A stretch of DNA of 63,560 bases, filler included, from Octopus bimaculoides (lineage: Eukaryota): NCBI RefSeq assembly GCF_001194135.2. It is 4 parts of 4 records of this genome, joined end to end, with 100 filler letters (N's around TTAATTAATTAA, not from the genome) between each part and the next. Parts side by side here need not be neighbours in the genome. Positions count along the whole stretch, not along the records: positions 15,820 to 41,672 come from NC_068988.1; 3 more parts are not named here. One strand, written 5' to 3'. The translations under genes were made by a program, and so were the position numbers. Shown here one piece after another: positions 23,499 to 36,227 of this stretch. The notes beneath the pieces are model-generated. The model was not told the origin of the DNA, made no database searches, and worked only from the letters and a program-made list of their open reading frames with translations. How positions within the stretch are numbered: position 1 is the stretch's first letter; each line of letters begins with the position of its first letter.

Positions 23499-24056
23499 GG
23501 CGGCGAGCTGGCAGAAACGTTAGCACACCGGACGAAATGCTTAGCGGTATTTCGTCTGCCGTTACGTTCTGAGTTAAAATTCCGCCGAGGTCGACTTTGC
23601 CTTTCATCCTTTCGGGGTCGATAAATTAAGTACCAGTTACGCACTGGGTCGATGTAATCGACTTAATCCCTTTGTCTGTCCTTGATTGTCCCCTCTATGT
23701 TTAGCCCCTTGTGGGCAATAAAGAAATAAGAAATAATGAANNNNNNNNNNNNNNNNNNNNNNNNNNNNNNNNNNCCTTTGTCTGTCCTTGATTGTCCCCT
23801 CTATGTTTAGCCCCTTGTGGGCAATAAAGAAATAAGAAACGTTAGCACACCGGACGAAATGCTTAGCGGTATTTCGTCTGCCGTTACGTTCTGAGTTCAA
23901 ATTCCACCGAGGTCGACTTTGCCTTTCATCCTTTCGGGGTCGATAAATTAAGTACCAGTTACGCACTGGGGTCGATGTAATCGACTTAATTCCTTTGTCT
24001 GTCCTTGATTGTCCCCTCTATGTTTAGCCCCTTGTGGGCAATAAAGAAATAAGAAA
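23499..24056 (+). mobile_element. SINE family B, head-to-tail tandem (tail type 1), with 14-bp TSD
   Basis: A-box-like CTGGCAGAAACGTTAGC, B-box GAGTTCAAATTCC, tail TAGCCCCTTGTGGGCAATAAAGAAATAAGAA. TSD AGAAATAATGAAAT at 23483-23496 and 24052-24065. Confidence 0.9.
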
Positions 24057-24284
24057 TAATGAAATTGTTAATGATACAGTAACACCTGGAATCCAAAGAA
24101 CCTGAACGATTGTCAGCACCGGCAAATTTAATGAATAAAGTTACACAGCAAAGTACGTAGAAGAGTTACACAGAAGAGGACATGAAAAAGAACGTAGGTG
24201 AGTGACATGGAAGAGTGTGTAGAAATGTTCCTTAACTTGGTGTAAGGAAGAATCAAAAGTTTTTATAGGTATTTAACAGTTGTT

Positions 24285-24700
24285 ATCACCTTGTCACAAG
24301 TTGGTGGATGACGGGAATAATGAAGTAAAGAAGGAATGCTCCTCTATAGTTACTGTCTTTGGAGGAAGAAGCAGTGCCAAGGCTTCCTCCTAGACTGGTG
24401 AGATTGATGTCACTGATGTTCATCTTGAATCTTTGAAATTCCACAGTTGCAGGAAAGATATGGACAGGGAAGGAATTCAAAAGGGCCGATGTTCTGGGGA
24501 TTTAAAGAACTGGGCATCGTGCTAATGCAGGACGAGCGGAAGGTTGGACGCAGCAAAGATAATGGAAAGAAGAGAGAGATGAGTTGAACGGAAGTGTCTA
24601 AATGAAGGTGGCATGAGCGCTGCCAGCCATGATGAGCAAAGGCCATTGTAGTAGAGGTAGAAAAAGCAGAAAGAGGAGACAGCATGTCTGTTAGCCATTT
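24285..24700 (-). mobile_element. CR1/Jockey-like LINE 3' end
   Basis: HAVSSFCFFYLYYNGLCSSWLAALMPPSFRHFRSTH...NSFPVHIFPATVEFQRFKMNI contains the R.VxSLxxFYRYYxGxCS and WNSLP-type motifs of CR1-group ORF2 C-termini. Confidence 0.8.
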
Positions 24701-24788
24701 TCAAGATCTTTATACTTGCTCAGTTTTTGGTAGACCTTGACAGATACATTTATATCGATTGAGACTGTCATGTCAATGAGGAAGCATG

Positions 24789-24819
<31 letters not shown>

Positions 24820-24823
<4 letters not shown>

Positions 24824-24888
24824 TCACTGCCTGGAATCGAACTCGGAATCTTGGGGTTAGTAGCCCGCGCCCTTAACCACTACGCCAT
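24820..24888 (-). mobile_element. tRNA-derived SINE head or tRNA pseudogene followed by (AAT)n
   Basis: Minus strand TGGCGTAGTGGTTAAGGGCGCGGGCTACTAACCCCAAGATTCCGAGTTCGATTCCAGGCAGTGACC has A and B boxes, but the anticodon and T stems pair poorly, so it is not a functional tRNA. Confidence 0.7.
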
Positions 24889-25743
24889 ATAAGGACAAAT
24901 ATCCGTCAAATGTAAATAACGTAAATAATGTACATAATTCCTCATCTCTTAAATACAGAACTGTACTTCGAAAATGTCTTCAGGAAATGCATGAAGATCA
25001 CTAGCGTCTACTCACTTTATTTCAAATCTAAGATTTCGTTAGTTAAACTAATATTTGGATTGGTTGATGACAGAAATAACATATCTAAGTATTCTGAGCC
25101 AAATGTAACTACTTATTCCCCTAGGTTATCGTGGCATTTTTATAATTAAGATTTCTTCTGTGTATTTGGATATGTATACGAGATGTATTCTTTCCTTTAA
25201 GTTGATAATTTCTTTCCTGTGAAGCTAGCATTAATCATTATAAAGCTTTAATTTGCTCTCCTCTCAAACCTGACATTCACCGTTGTGGCATTCGATATCG
25301 CACGTTAACTTCATCGACCATCGTTAATGTTGCCGTGTCCAGAGTTAGCTGCTGCATTTCTGTAGGGATTCTCTTCCTGTTTTAGTGTACTTCGGTGATC
25401 CATATCAGCAACAATCCCTGATCCTTCCAGTCGATTTGTTAAGCTAAAGAGACCAAATACTCGTTATATCCGTGTTCTTATTTTCTTTCTGTCGATATAA
25501 ACAGTTGAATACTTTCAATCATGTTTAAGAACTGGGTTTATTAAAAAATACAATATAGTTTCTTTCAAACGCTTGTTAGTGTCATAGTTGTTGATGATCA
25601 CAACGAAAACCACGACGATTATGATGATGTAAAGTTTATTGCTATTAACGACGCTGCATCTTGCTGCAAAACTTATTAAGCCTGCTGCGCATTTTAACCG
25701 TTTTGCTAATGATAGTTTTTAAATAGTTTTAAAGTAATAGTTG

Positions 25744-26055
25744 TGAAGGCGCGTGGCTTAGTGGTTAGGGCATTCGGCTCACGATCGTGAGTTCGATTCC
25801 CGGTGACGCGTTGTGTCCTTGAGCAAGACACTTTATTTCACGTTGCTCCAGTCCACTCGGCTGGCAAAAATGAGTTGTACCTGTATTTCAAAGGGCCAGC
25901 CTTGTCACACTCTGTGTCACGCTGAGTCTCCCTGAGAACTATGTTAGGGGTACACGTGTCTGTGGATTGCTGAGCCACTTGTATGTTAATTTCATGAGCA
26001 GGCTGTTCCGTTGATCGTATCAGCTGGGACTCTCGTCGTCGTAACCGACGGAGTA
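25744..26055 (+). mobile_element. SINE family C, head type 1
   Basis: GGCGCGTGGCTTAGTGGTTAGGGC (A box), GAGTTCGATTCCC (B box), TGTGTCCTTGAGCAAGACACTT core, tail ...CGTCGTCGTAACCGACGGAG. Confidence 0.9.
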
Positions 26056-26213
26056 CTTCTCAGTTTTTAAAAATAATAGTTTTAACTTTACTATTCTAAG
26101 CGACAGAAGCGTTTGCAATGATGAGGTGTATGAGAAAACATATAATTACTACTATACATAAGATATAGAATTCTATTCGAGAGAAAGGTCAAATTTCAGA
26201 AGGAAACAAAAAC

Positions 26214-26249
<36 letters not shown>

Positions 26250-26834
26250 TTAGAGAGAAAACGAAATTTGATACATACGCTACATTATCTTGCTAAGGTT
26301 TTTCTACAGAAATTATAGCCAGCATTTTTTTTTGCTGCAACGATTCATATCGAGACCTCAGATATAAACAAACAATGAGATCGAAGATAAAAATGGGTAA
26401 TGAGTGTATATGTCATATTTCGTGGAGTACTGCCCTTTTATCAACACCCATCTAACTCACTCTTGCTTCCGAACATATTGTTTATATAACCACCGCATAC
26501 AGAGGTGTTAAGTTATAGGATATACCGATTTACATATTAAACGCATTCCTGGGGCTGCTATGTAAATATTTATGACTTGTAGGCACGTGGCATTTCGTTA
26601 TGCAACAATAATATACTATAAGGTCCTTCTGCGTTAGCAGTGCTCTTTACATTAGAAATAACCTTAACAAAATAATATACAGAACACTGCTAACGCAGCA
26701 GGATGTGGTGTTGGCTCATAAAAACATTTAATATATCTTATAGTATATCATAGTTGCATAAGGAAATACAACGTGCCTACAAGTCGTTAACGTATGCTAT
26801 ATTTTTTCTCACTGTTTTTTGTAGTATGTGCAAA

Positions 26835-27047
26835 ACTCTTATCTTTTATCTCTTACTTGTTTCAGTCATTAAGACTGCGACCGTGCTGAGGCACTACCTT
26901 GAAGAATTTTTAGTCGAAAAGAATCAACTCCAGTATTATCTTTTTATAAAGCCTGGTACTTATTCTATCGGTCTTTTGCCGAGCCGCTAAGTTCGTCAAC
27001 ACGAGTGTGAAGTAGTGGTGGGGGACATGCGCTTATACAAAGGCATG

Positions 27048-27102
<55 letters not shown>

Positions 27103-27262
27103 GATGGGCTTCTGTCAGTTTCCGTCTACCAAATCAACTCACAAGGCTTTGGTCACCTCGAGGCTTGAGTAGAAGACATTTGCCAAGGTTCCACGCAGTG
27201 GGACTGAACCCGGAGACATGGAATTGGGAAGCAAACTTCTTGCCACACAGCCACTCCAGTGC
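26835..27262 (-). mobile_element. SINE family A with internal (CA)n(TA)n
   Basis: Tail, internal microsatellite and head (GTGGGACTGAACCCGG...GGAAGCAAACTTCTTGCCACACAGCC) are all present. Confidence 0.85.
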
Positions 27263-28429
27263 CTGTGTATTTTTCCTGCGAGAAAACTATGCTCGCTCTA
27301 AAAAGTATTAAAATTGCAAACATGATATTATTTCAAAATTATTTTTACACAGCCTATCTCTTATGGTAATAAAGCCGTTTTGACATGTTTATTAATGAGC
27401 TCCAACCGAATCCTACTCCGATAAATCCCCACTCTGCGCAAAATCTATTTCATAAAAAGCATATTAAATATATTATTAGGAATTTTAATGAAATAAACTA
27501 AATCCAACCTATTCTAGTCTTATACCTGTTTACTAACTTTATTAAAATAAAATTACTGAATTTTTACAAACTTAAATTTAAAAAAGTATTTTTAAAATTC
27601 AAATTTTTCACTTTGAATAATCTCCGTTAAAAATTTGCTTCATTGACTAAAAATAAAAGGAAATTGTGCGTGTGTAAGGGGTTTTATCAGCGGTGGTTGT
27701 AGGGGTCTGCAATGTAGGAGTTTTGATAGCTTCTCTGTGTTTTAATATAACACAAGTCTGATTGCATTCTACGAGGTAACGTATGAAGTTTAGATTTTAT
27801 TCCATACTTTTTGTCTTATTTCGTTCAATTTGTTGTGCTTTTAAATGAAACATCAATGGGTTCGTATTGTTTTTATGTTGCGCTTATCAAAATAAATTAG
27901 TAACAATAACACACATAAATTTCAGTTTTTTTCAAAATTAAAGTTGTTGGAAATGGTTAAATTAAATCTCACTCAAATACAAAGAGCAGTTGACAAAGTA
28001 TCTTGATGCTTAATGTGAAAATCTTCACACGTAACTCAGTTTATGACGGTTTACAAAATATTTGACGTAAAACTGCACAGAATAACATGCATATTTAAAT
28101 CACTTTATTTCTTCTGTTTTTCTTTGGCATTTACCTATTTATTGTAAACTCTACCTTGACTAAAAGAACTTATATGCAATCGATAGCTTTTGATTCTCAT
28201 TAGCATATCGAAATGACTTCCACTTAAACGGCTTCTCAGCTTTTCTTTTTTTCAGTTTTCGAAATCATTCGGTTAACAAGAAAAATCACATAAAGTATAA
28301 AATTGTTCATTGCCAAATGTAAAGCTAAGAATTTGCAATTGCGGAGAAATCAACAAGCAAACCATTCTCTTACATCATCATCATCAACAACAACAACAAT
28401 AACAACACCAAAAACAACAACTCCTAGAC

Positions 28430-28645
28430 CTTATTGTCTCGAGTACTAGGACTCCTAGGGTCTGTTACTCAGTTTCCATGGTTGAGATCACAAGATATTC
28501 CTTGAATGGGTCACCAGTCGCAGGTTTATTCATTTACAGTAGACAGGAGCGATGCGAAGGGAAGTGCTAAGCTCGATAGCACGATGAAGCGCCCAGCGTT
28601 GGAATCGAAACTATGATCTTGCTATCCACTAGGTCACGCGTCCTC
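28430..28645 (-). mobile_element. Old tRNA-headed SINE (family D), decayed
   Basis: Minus-strand head GAGGACGCGTGACCTAGTGGATAG...GTTTCGATTCC; body loosely resembles 29030-29255. Confidence 0.5.
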
Positions 28646-29029
28646 TTGTACTTCGCCACCAGAAAAACAAGAACCCTGTCTTCATTCACGAGAAGGATTT
28701 CTAAAAAGTCAAGTACCAACCTGTATCACTTATTACACTTTCTTTACGTTTTTGGCCGAGGAAAATGTTAACTTTGTTATTCTGAAAATTGTTCTCTTCC
28801 AGATACTGCATTCTTATATTCTTATTTTAGCTTTGCCACGAGTAAACGGAAAGGGATCACTCGTTATCAGCCCACTCTTTTACAAAACTGACATCGAAGC
28901 AATAGAAACATCGCATGCCTGTTTGTGAATTTCTCAGCTAAAACATTTTATACGCAGTACAATCTTTAGATCGGAAACAGAAGTACAAAATACAAAAAAA
29001 AAAAAAAAACAACAACAGCAAAAACAATG

Positions 29030-29255
29030 GAAGTCCTTCCCGAGCCATAGGCTCATAAGGTTAGTTTTCTGGTTTCTGTGGCGTATATATTCTCGTCCCC
29101 TGCACGGGACACTGGTTCGTCACAGAATTTTTGCAAACTGAGTGAGCTGAAGTAATGTGAAATGAAATGTTTTTCTCAAGAACACAACACATCCTCTGGA
29201 CATCGAAATCAAAAACTTACGGTCACGAGTGCAACATACTAAGCCACCTGCCTCC
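29030..29255 (-). mobile_element. Old tRNA-headed SINE (family D)
   Basis: Minus strand GGAGGCAGGTGGCTTAGTATG...GATTTCGATG...TGTGTTCTTGAGAAAAACATTTCATTTCACATT. Confidence 0.55.
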
Positions 29256-29264
29256 ACACTTTAA

Positions 29265-29770
29265 ACATACACGTCTTTAAATGTTATTTCTTCCAGCAAG
29301 TCTTTAAACGCTGCTTCTATGAATACGTCTTTAAGCGTTACTTTTACAAACATGTCTGAACGCAACCTCTACCAACACATCTTTAAACGCCACTTCAAAT
29401 AAACACATCCTTAAACACTACATCTGTAAACACGTCTTTAATCCCTACCTCTTTAATTGTTGGTAGGGACGCCCTATTTTGTTATGCAACCATAATCTAG
29501 TACCAAGTATCCCTACTATGTAAGCAGTGCGACTAATTCACTTTTTAAAGTTACTTCTACAGATTTTCAGTGGAAACTAGAGCCAGCACCACAAATTACG
29601 CTGTTTCGTATACGAACGCATTGTTTACATAGACTATTCGTATACGTAACGTCGTAACTTTCAGTGAGGCTATAACGTCTATAGAGATTCTGTAGAATAA
29701 CTTTAAAAAGTTACCAGTTTAAATACGTATTTAAATGCTTCTTCTACAAACACGTCTTTAAAAGCTACTT
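29265..29770 (+). repeat. Degenerate ~27-bp minisatellite interrupted by a ~270-bp insert
   Basis: About seven units like AACACGTCTTTAAACGCTACTTCTAC at 29265-29455 and two more at ~29722-29770. Confidence 0.7.
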
Positions 29771-30311
29771 TTGTTTTATTACCCGCCTGGAATTCGTGGC
29801 ATACTTCAGCGTTTGACCATTAATGTGCCCTACTGAATGTAAAGAGACATTCATTTTAACAGCTAAGAACACGATGTCCAAAAGAACTTTGATCTTTTCT
29901 GGATTTGATCGTTTTTATTTTCGCTCACATGCACTCTCACGTGTCACGCATAGCAATCCTGTTAAGAGGTGAGTTTTATTGCTTGGGCTTTTGCACTCTT
30001 TCTGAATGTAATTTATTTGTCAAAGAACGCTTCAAAAAGTGAAGTTTTCAATTATACTTCCACTTCTTTCCATTAGCAAATTCTCCAGTAACTTTCGTAT
30101 CACTACAATACAAGCAAATAACGATCAGTTGCCGAATAATACATAAAATAGTTCACGCAGAAAGCTGTTCATAACCTCATGGGGTTTCAATTTAGCAGTT
30201 TCTACCATATTGTAAAGCCAATCGACTTTAAAACAAACTTAAGGTTCTTTTGCACTTCTGGCCACTCACTTCCTATAAATTCGAGATAGTAAATCAATAT
30301 TTTTCAATGAA

Positions 30312-30670
30312 AGTGGCTCTGTGGTAAGAATCTTGCTTCCCAACCCCATGATTCTGGGTTCAATCTCCCTGCGTGGAACATTAGGCAGTATCTTCTACTA
30401 TAATATAGCTTCCGGCCGACCAGAGGCTTGTCGGTGGATTTGGTAGACAGAAAAAAGCCCGTCTGGTGTATATATGTATATATGCATGTGTGTATGCGTG
30501 CGTGTGCGTGTATGTGTGAGTGTGTGTGAGTGCGTATCATGCGTGTCTTTGTGTGTTTGCCCCCAACCACGCTTTAATTAATACTAGAGTCGATTAATTC
30601 GACTAAAAATTCTTCAAGGCGATACCCCAGCATGGCCACAGTCTAATGACTGCAACAAGTAAAAGAAAAG
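30312..30670 (+). mobile_element. SINE family A
   Basis: Head GTGGCTCTGTGGTAAGAATCTTGCTTCCCAACC...GGGTTCAATCTCC, internal microsatellite, tail CCAGCATGGCCACAGTC...CAAGTAAAAG. Confidence 0.85.
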
Positions 30671-32175
30671 CTATCTAAAGAATTTGAAAGAGATCTTCGT
30701 AAACATTAGCATGTGATCATTCTCCGCCAAACAAGGATGCAACTATATTGCAGCAGGAGAAACTGGAAAACCGGAACAGGAAGGGGTGATGTGTCGTATG
30801 CTAGTTATGAGTTGCTAGTCGTATGCTAGTTGAAAAAAAATCGACTCATTAATCAACAGAAACAGTTAGTTCGGAGATTATTTTCAAGAAATACAAATAT
30901 TCATTACTACTACAATTAAGACATTTCGCCTTCTGTGAGTACATCAATTTATTTTGTTCGCTGCTTGGGAAACACGTAAACGCGGAGAGCTTAGAGGGGG
31001 AACAGTGTATAAAATCTTATATGATCTCCATTTGTGGTATTTGTAATTGAGAAGAGAAATATTGGGAAGAGAAAGAGAAAAGTAGTGTTTATAATATGCT
31101 AACAAATGACCCAATAAAAATATTTTTTAATAATTTATATGTGTGAATGTTGTTTTGTCTGAAATTTAAAAAATATATTGCTACTAGTTTTAGCAGCTTT
31201 TAGAAACTGCATAGAAGTTGGCTTTGAGTCAACTTGTATTTTTAATTAAGTTTTTAATATAATTAATAATTTATGAATATTAGTTCAAATATTATGACTG
31301 TNNNNNNNNNNNNNNNNNNNNNNNNNNNNNNNNNNNNNNNNNNNNNNNNNNNNNNNNNNNNNNNNNNNNNNNNNNNNNNNNNNNNNNNNNNNNNNNNNNN
31401 NNNNNNNNNNNNNNNNNNNNNNNNNNNNNNNNNNNNNNNNNNNNNNNNNNNNNNNNNNNNNNNNNNNNNNNNNNNNNNNNNNNNNNNNNNNNNNNNNNNN
31501 NNNNNNNNNNNNNNNNNNNNNNNNNNNNNNNNNNNNNNNNNNNNNNNNNNNNNNNNNNNNNNNNNNNNNNNNNNNNNNNNNNNNNNNNNNNNNNNNNNNN
31601 NNNNNNNNNNNNNNNNNNNNNNNNNNNNNNNNNNNNNNNNNNNNNNNNNNNNNNNNNNNNNNNNNNNNNNNNNNNNNNNNNNNNNNNNNNNNNNNNNNNN
31701 NNNNNNNNNNNNNNNNNNNNNNNNNNNNNNNNNNNNNNNNNNNNNNNNNNNNNNNNNNNNNNNNNNNNNNNNNNNNNNNNNNNNNNNNNNNNNNNNNNNN
31801 NNNNNNNNNNNNNNNNNNNNNNNNNNNNNNNNNNNNNNNNNNNNNNNNNNNNNNNNNNNNNNNNNNNNNNNNNNNNNNNNNNNNNNNNNNNNNNNNNNNN
31901 NNNNNNNNNNNNNNNNNNNNNNNNNNNNNNNNNNNNNNNNNNNNNNNNNNNNNNNNNNNNNNNNNNNNNNNNNNNNNNNNNNNNNNNNNNNNNNNNNNNN
32001 NNNNNNNNNNNNNNNNNNNNNNNNNNNNNNNNNNNNNNNNNNNNNNNNNNNNNNNNNNNNNNNNNNNNNNNNNNNNNNNNNNNNNNNNNNNNNNNNNNNN
32101 NNNNNNNNNNNNNNNNNNNNNNNNNNNNNNNNNNNNNNNNNNNNNNNNNNNNNNNNNNNNNNNNNNNNNNNNNNN

Positions 32176-32217
<42 letters not shown>

Positions 32218-32770
32218 ATGTATCTATATAAATATATGCATTTTCATCTTTGTATATACATGTATGCGTATGTGCGTATGTGTGCATGTATGTATGTGTG
32301 TGTGTGTGTACGGGTATACGTAGTGCACAAAGCAAAGGTATTTCAAAGAAAGGGCACCTCGATGAATTTATCGGGGAAATCCTTTTATTTCAGATATTGG
32401 AAAGTTCAACACCACACCCCGACCAGCACTTCCATTTCGGGAGGAAATCCTTGCTCTCAGTCCGCATCTCCCTTCCTCCTCTCCATCATTGCATCTATAT
32501 GTATACCTTCATATACATGCATACATAATATATCTGGTGGTAGAATGTAGAAACTGAACAAATCCAGTCGAGTACCTCAGGCGGCACTCCATACGAGAAA
32601 CCTCGCTAGCTGAATGTCAAGTGAGGTTGATGGGAATCAGCATAGGTTAAATCCACAGGCGTTCCATACAAACTATAAATCTCATACATATATATATACA
32701 TACATACGTACACACACACAGATGTGTGTGTACGTATATATGTATATATTTAAACGTAATATAATATACG

Positions 32771-32810
<40 letters not shown>

Positions 32811-33061
32811 NNNNNNNNNNATCTATCTATCTATCTATCTATCAATATCTGTGTGTGTTTGTGTGTGTGTGTGTGTGTGTGCACACGCATGTGTGTGCGC
32901 ACACGCATGTGTGTGCATCAATTTCCATCTCCACATCAATCCTGTTCTTTCATATATAAACAAATATTTAATTTTCTCTTCCATTTCTGACAAGCGAACG
33001 TCTGAAAATAAAAATTTTGAAGTCACTTTTGTGTATTCTGATTTTCTGTCTAAATTTGTAT

Positions 33062-33097
<36 letters not shown>

Positions 33098-33614
33098 NNN
33101 NNNNNNNNNNNNNNCCCCCCCACACATTCTTTTATTCTTTTATTCTTTTAATTGTTTCAGTCAATTGACTGTGGCAATGCTGGAGCACCACATTTAGTCG
33201 AATAAACAGACCATAGAACTAATTGAAGGGATGTGAGTTCATTAAAGGCACCAAACACTATTCCAATCCATTCACTTCTAATACCGTTTCTGATATTGGT
33301 TCAAAGTCAGAAATTTTGGAAATGGAATACTCGATTATAAACAACGACCTCTTGAGTGGTATGAAAAGCAAAGTTGACCTTGGGATCTGAACGCAGGATT
33401 TAAAAAGCTGCACATAAATAACTATGCATTTTAGCCGATTTTGTAGCGTTTCTGCCAATCCATCAAACAATGCAATTCAATATTAGCCAAAGAAGGAGGA
33501 AGAGAATAGTAACTTAGTTTAACTCTCCCTTTGATTGGCAAATAACTACATTGATAGCAACAAATTTCTTCAAACTATTATTTAAGTAAAGTCTAACGTA
33601 AAGTGGCAGTTCTG

Positions 33615-33808
33615 CTTAAGACGACGTTACTACTGTTTAGTCTCAGGAAGGCATCTTTTCGATCTGGCTACCGACACATCATCTGTGTCCATATACTGGT
33701 TTCAAGTAATTTCCCTTCCTCGGTACAGGACAATCGCTGACTAGAGATGGCAGCTACTCGACCTCGCTCACAGTATATGGGGCTAAACATTAGTAACGTC
33801 GTCCTAAG
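33615..33808. mobile_element. MITE-like element with ~26-bp TIRs
   Basis: TTAAGACGACGTTACTACTGTTTAG (33616-33640) vs CTAAACATTAGTAACGTCGTCCTAA (33783-33807), 23/25 identical. A related fragment lies at ~7835-7895. Confidence 0.7.
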
Positions 33809-34734
33809 AAGGCGTGTCACTTTACGCTGGAAAATAGACTTTACTATGCAATATTGTTACTACATATTTCTTTCTCAAAATTTTAAAACTACTTGTTTTC
33901 CTCTTTATTATTTACTGGAATAAATATCATAAAGTCTTTAATAAAAGCACTATCAAACTGTCTTACTGCACTACCTATAATTTCGTCCGAACCCATGCAA
34001 TGTATAGCAATGCTAATAAGCTCCCTACACGAACGTCTAACTTCTACTGTTCTATTCATAGTATATGTACTCTTCAAGGAAACTTATTTTGGGCTAATTC
34101 AAACATCAGTATCTTACATATGGCACGCAATGTAAGATAATCAAAAAACAAACACGAATATATTCTCTCATTCAAAATTGCAATACTACATCCATTACTT
34201 TGTTCTCTTAAAAATAAAAGGAAAAAAAGTTTCTGAAATATTATTTAACATTTCCCGTAACATCATGACTTCTGCAAAACCATATAATTACAAGAAATCA
34301 TGCCAACAGCACAATTCTCAAAATATGAAATCCTATTTCTACAATATCACTTCAAAATTAAGAATCTGAATGAATTTTTCTGGACATTGAAAGCATTGAA
34401 GCATTTTAAAGCCATTGCCGTAATTAACCACTAACTCTTAGATATCACTTACATTAGATATCACATTACAAAAAGAAAGGGTGTTAATATTACATAACAA
34501 TCGAAACGTTCATAATATTTCTATCGTTAGGTTTCGTATACAAGTATCCAGACGCTGCTTGCGTCTAAGTATTTGTATTTGTATATGAATTGTATTTATT
34601 TTGTAGAAATCGTTTACATACATACATACATTTATATGCGCGTGAGTGTAGGCTAGGTGCGTTTATGTAGGTAAATAATTATATATGTACATATGCATAT
34701 ATATAATGTGTGTTTATGTGTGTGTACGCTTTTG

Positions 34735-34821
<87 letters not shown>

Positions 34822-36227
34822 GCACACATACATACATACATGCATACATACAAAAATATTCTGTTGTTGATGTTAAAATTCCAATGAAGGAGACTTGGAT
34901 CTTGGTTAGAAACCGGTTCTTTCTCTATTGGCAAGAAATCCTGAAATAAAACTGTATACATACATACATACATACATACATACATACATACATACATACA
35001 TACATACATACATACATGCATACATACATACATACATACATGGATGAACCTGCATGCATACATACATACATGGATACATACATACATACATGGATACATA
35101 CATACATACATACATACATACATGCAAGCATATCTTTTAAACTGTATATATGATAGCATTTACTAAAACATGTATGTTTTACTATAATACTGTGTACCTG
35201 TTTGTTTGCACAAGTATGAGGATATGCACATATGCCTTGGAAGTATGAGGATATGCACATATGCACATATGCCTTGGAAGCCATGGAACCGACGTATAGT
35301 TATGAATCCTTTCAATCTTACACAGCCTAAAACTCCCATATATTCCGACAGAAGTTTACACATGTACATGTGCTTTGTACATTTGTTAAAACTTTGATTG
35401 TAACTCTATTCCTATACACATACACGCGTATTTTGTCAGATGAGGCTTGCATGTTTGTGCGTGCGCGTGTTGTATTTTGTGTATGTATGCCTATGTCGGT
35501 GTGTTTTCTCCGTATACGAGTATCAACGAGTATCAGTCTCTTTGTATACGTCAATGTTTGCACAGCCAAACACACTCGCATACACACACGCACACTCACA
35601 CACATTCTAAAACACTCACACGCAGACACACGCACTCTCACACACATATATCTATCTATATACGCACATACATATTTTTATGACCGGATATAGATATATA
35701 TAAATATATAAATATATCTTACTAATATATACTTTTGTTATTTACACCACCTGTCCTCGTCTGTTGTTATTTTTTGTATATTCTCCCATATATCTTAGTA
35801 TATTTAAACAAGCAAGTATATGAATATATACGTGTATACATGCAAAAAGAGAAGGCACACTTAGAAATCTTCAGATGATTTACAGTCAAGTATAAATATA
35901 CACACGCACACATATACACACATATATATACATATACATATATATACATATACATACATATATATANNNNNNNNNNNNNNNNNNNNNNNNNNNNNNNNNN
36001 NNNNNNNNNNNNNNNNNNNNNNNNNNNNNNNNNNNNNNNNNNNNNNNNNNNNNNNNNNNNNNNNNNNNNNNNNNNNNNNNNNNNNNNNNNNNNNNNNNNN
36101 NNNNNNNNNNNNNNNNNNNNNNNNNNNNNNNNNNNNNNNNNNNNNNNNNNNNNNNNNNNNNNNNNNNNNNNNNNNNNNNNNNNNNNNNNNNNNNNNNNNN
36201 NNNNNNNNNNNNNNNCACACACACACA

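Noticed and set aside
23728-23775. Apparent third SINE unit and extra TSD before the gap
   Set aside because: The contig before the gap exits through the shared identical tail into downstream flank sequence; probably an assembly-graph shortcut, so true copy number is uncertain.
24820-24888. Functional tRNA gene
   Set aside because: Anticodon and T stems do not pair and the acceptor stem is absent; treated as a SINE head.
29265-29455. CRISPR-like repeat array
   Set aside because: Eukaryotic context, contiguous degenerate units without unique spacers, and no cas genes.
32380-32500. Possible exon after TTTTATTTCAG (DIGKFNTTPRPALPFREEILAL...)
   Set aside because: All three frames are open, there is no convincing donor, and no motif is recognisable.
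31273-32550. Long ORFs of 200-460 aa spanning N-runs (also 11374, 36917, 48928, 53551, 56347)
   Set aside because: Open only because N codons are not stops.
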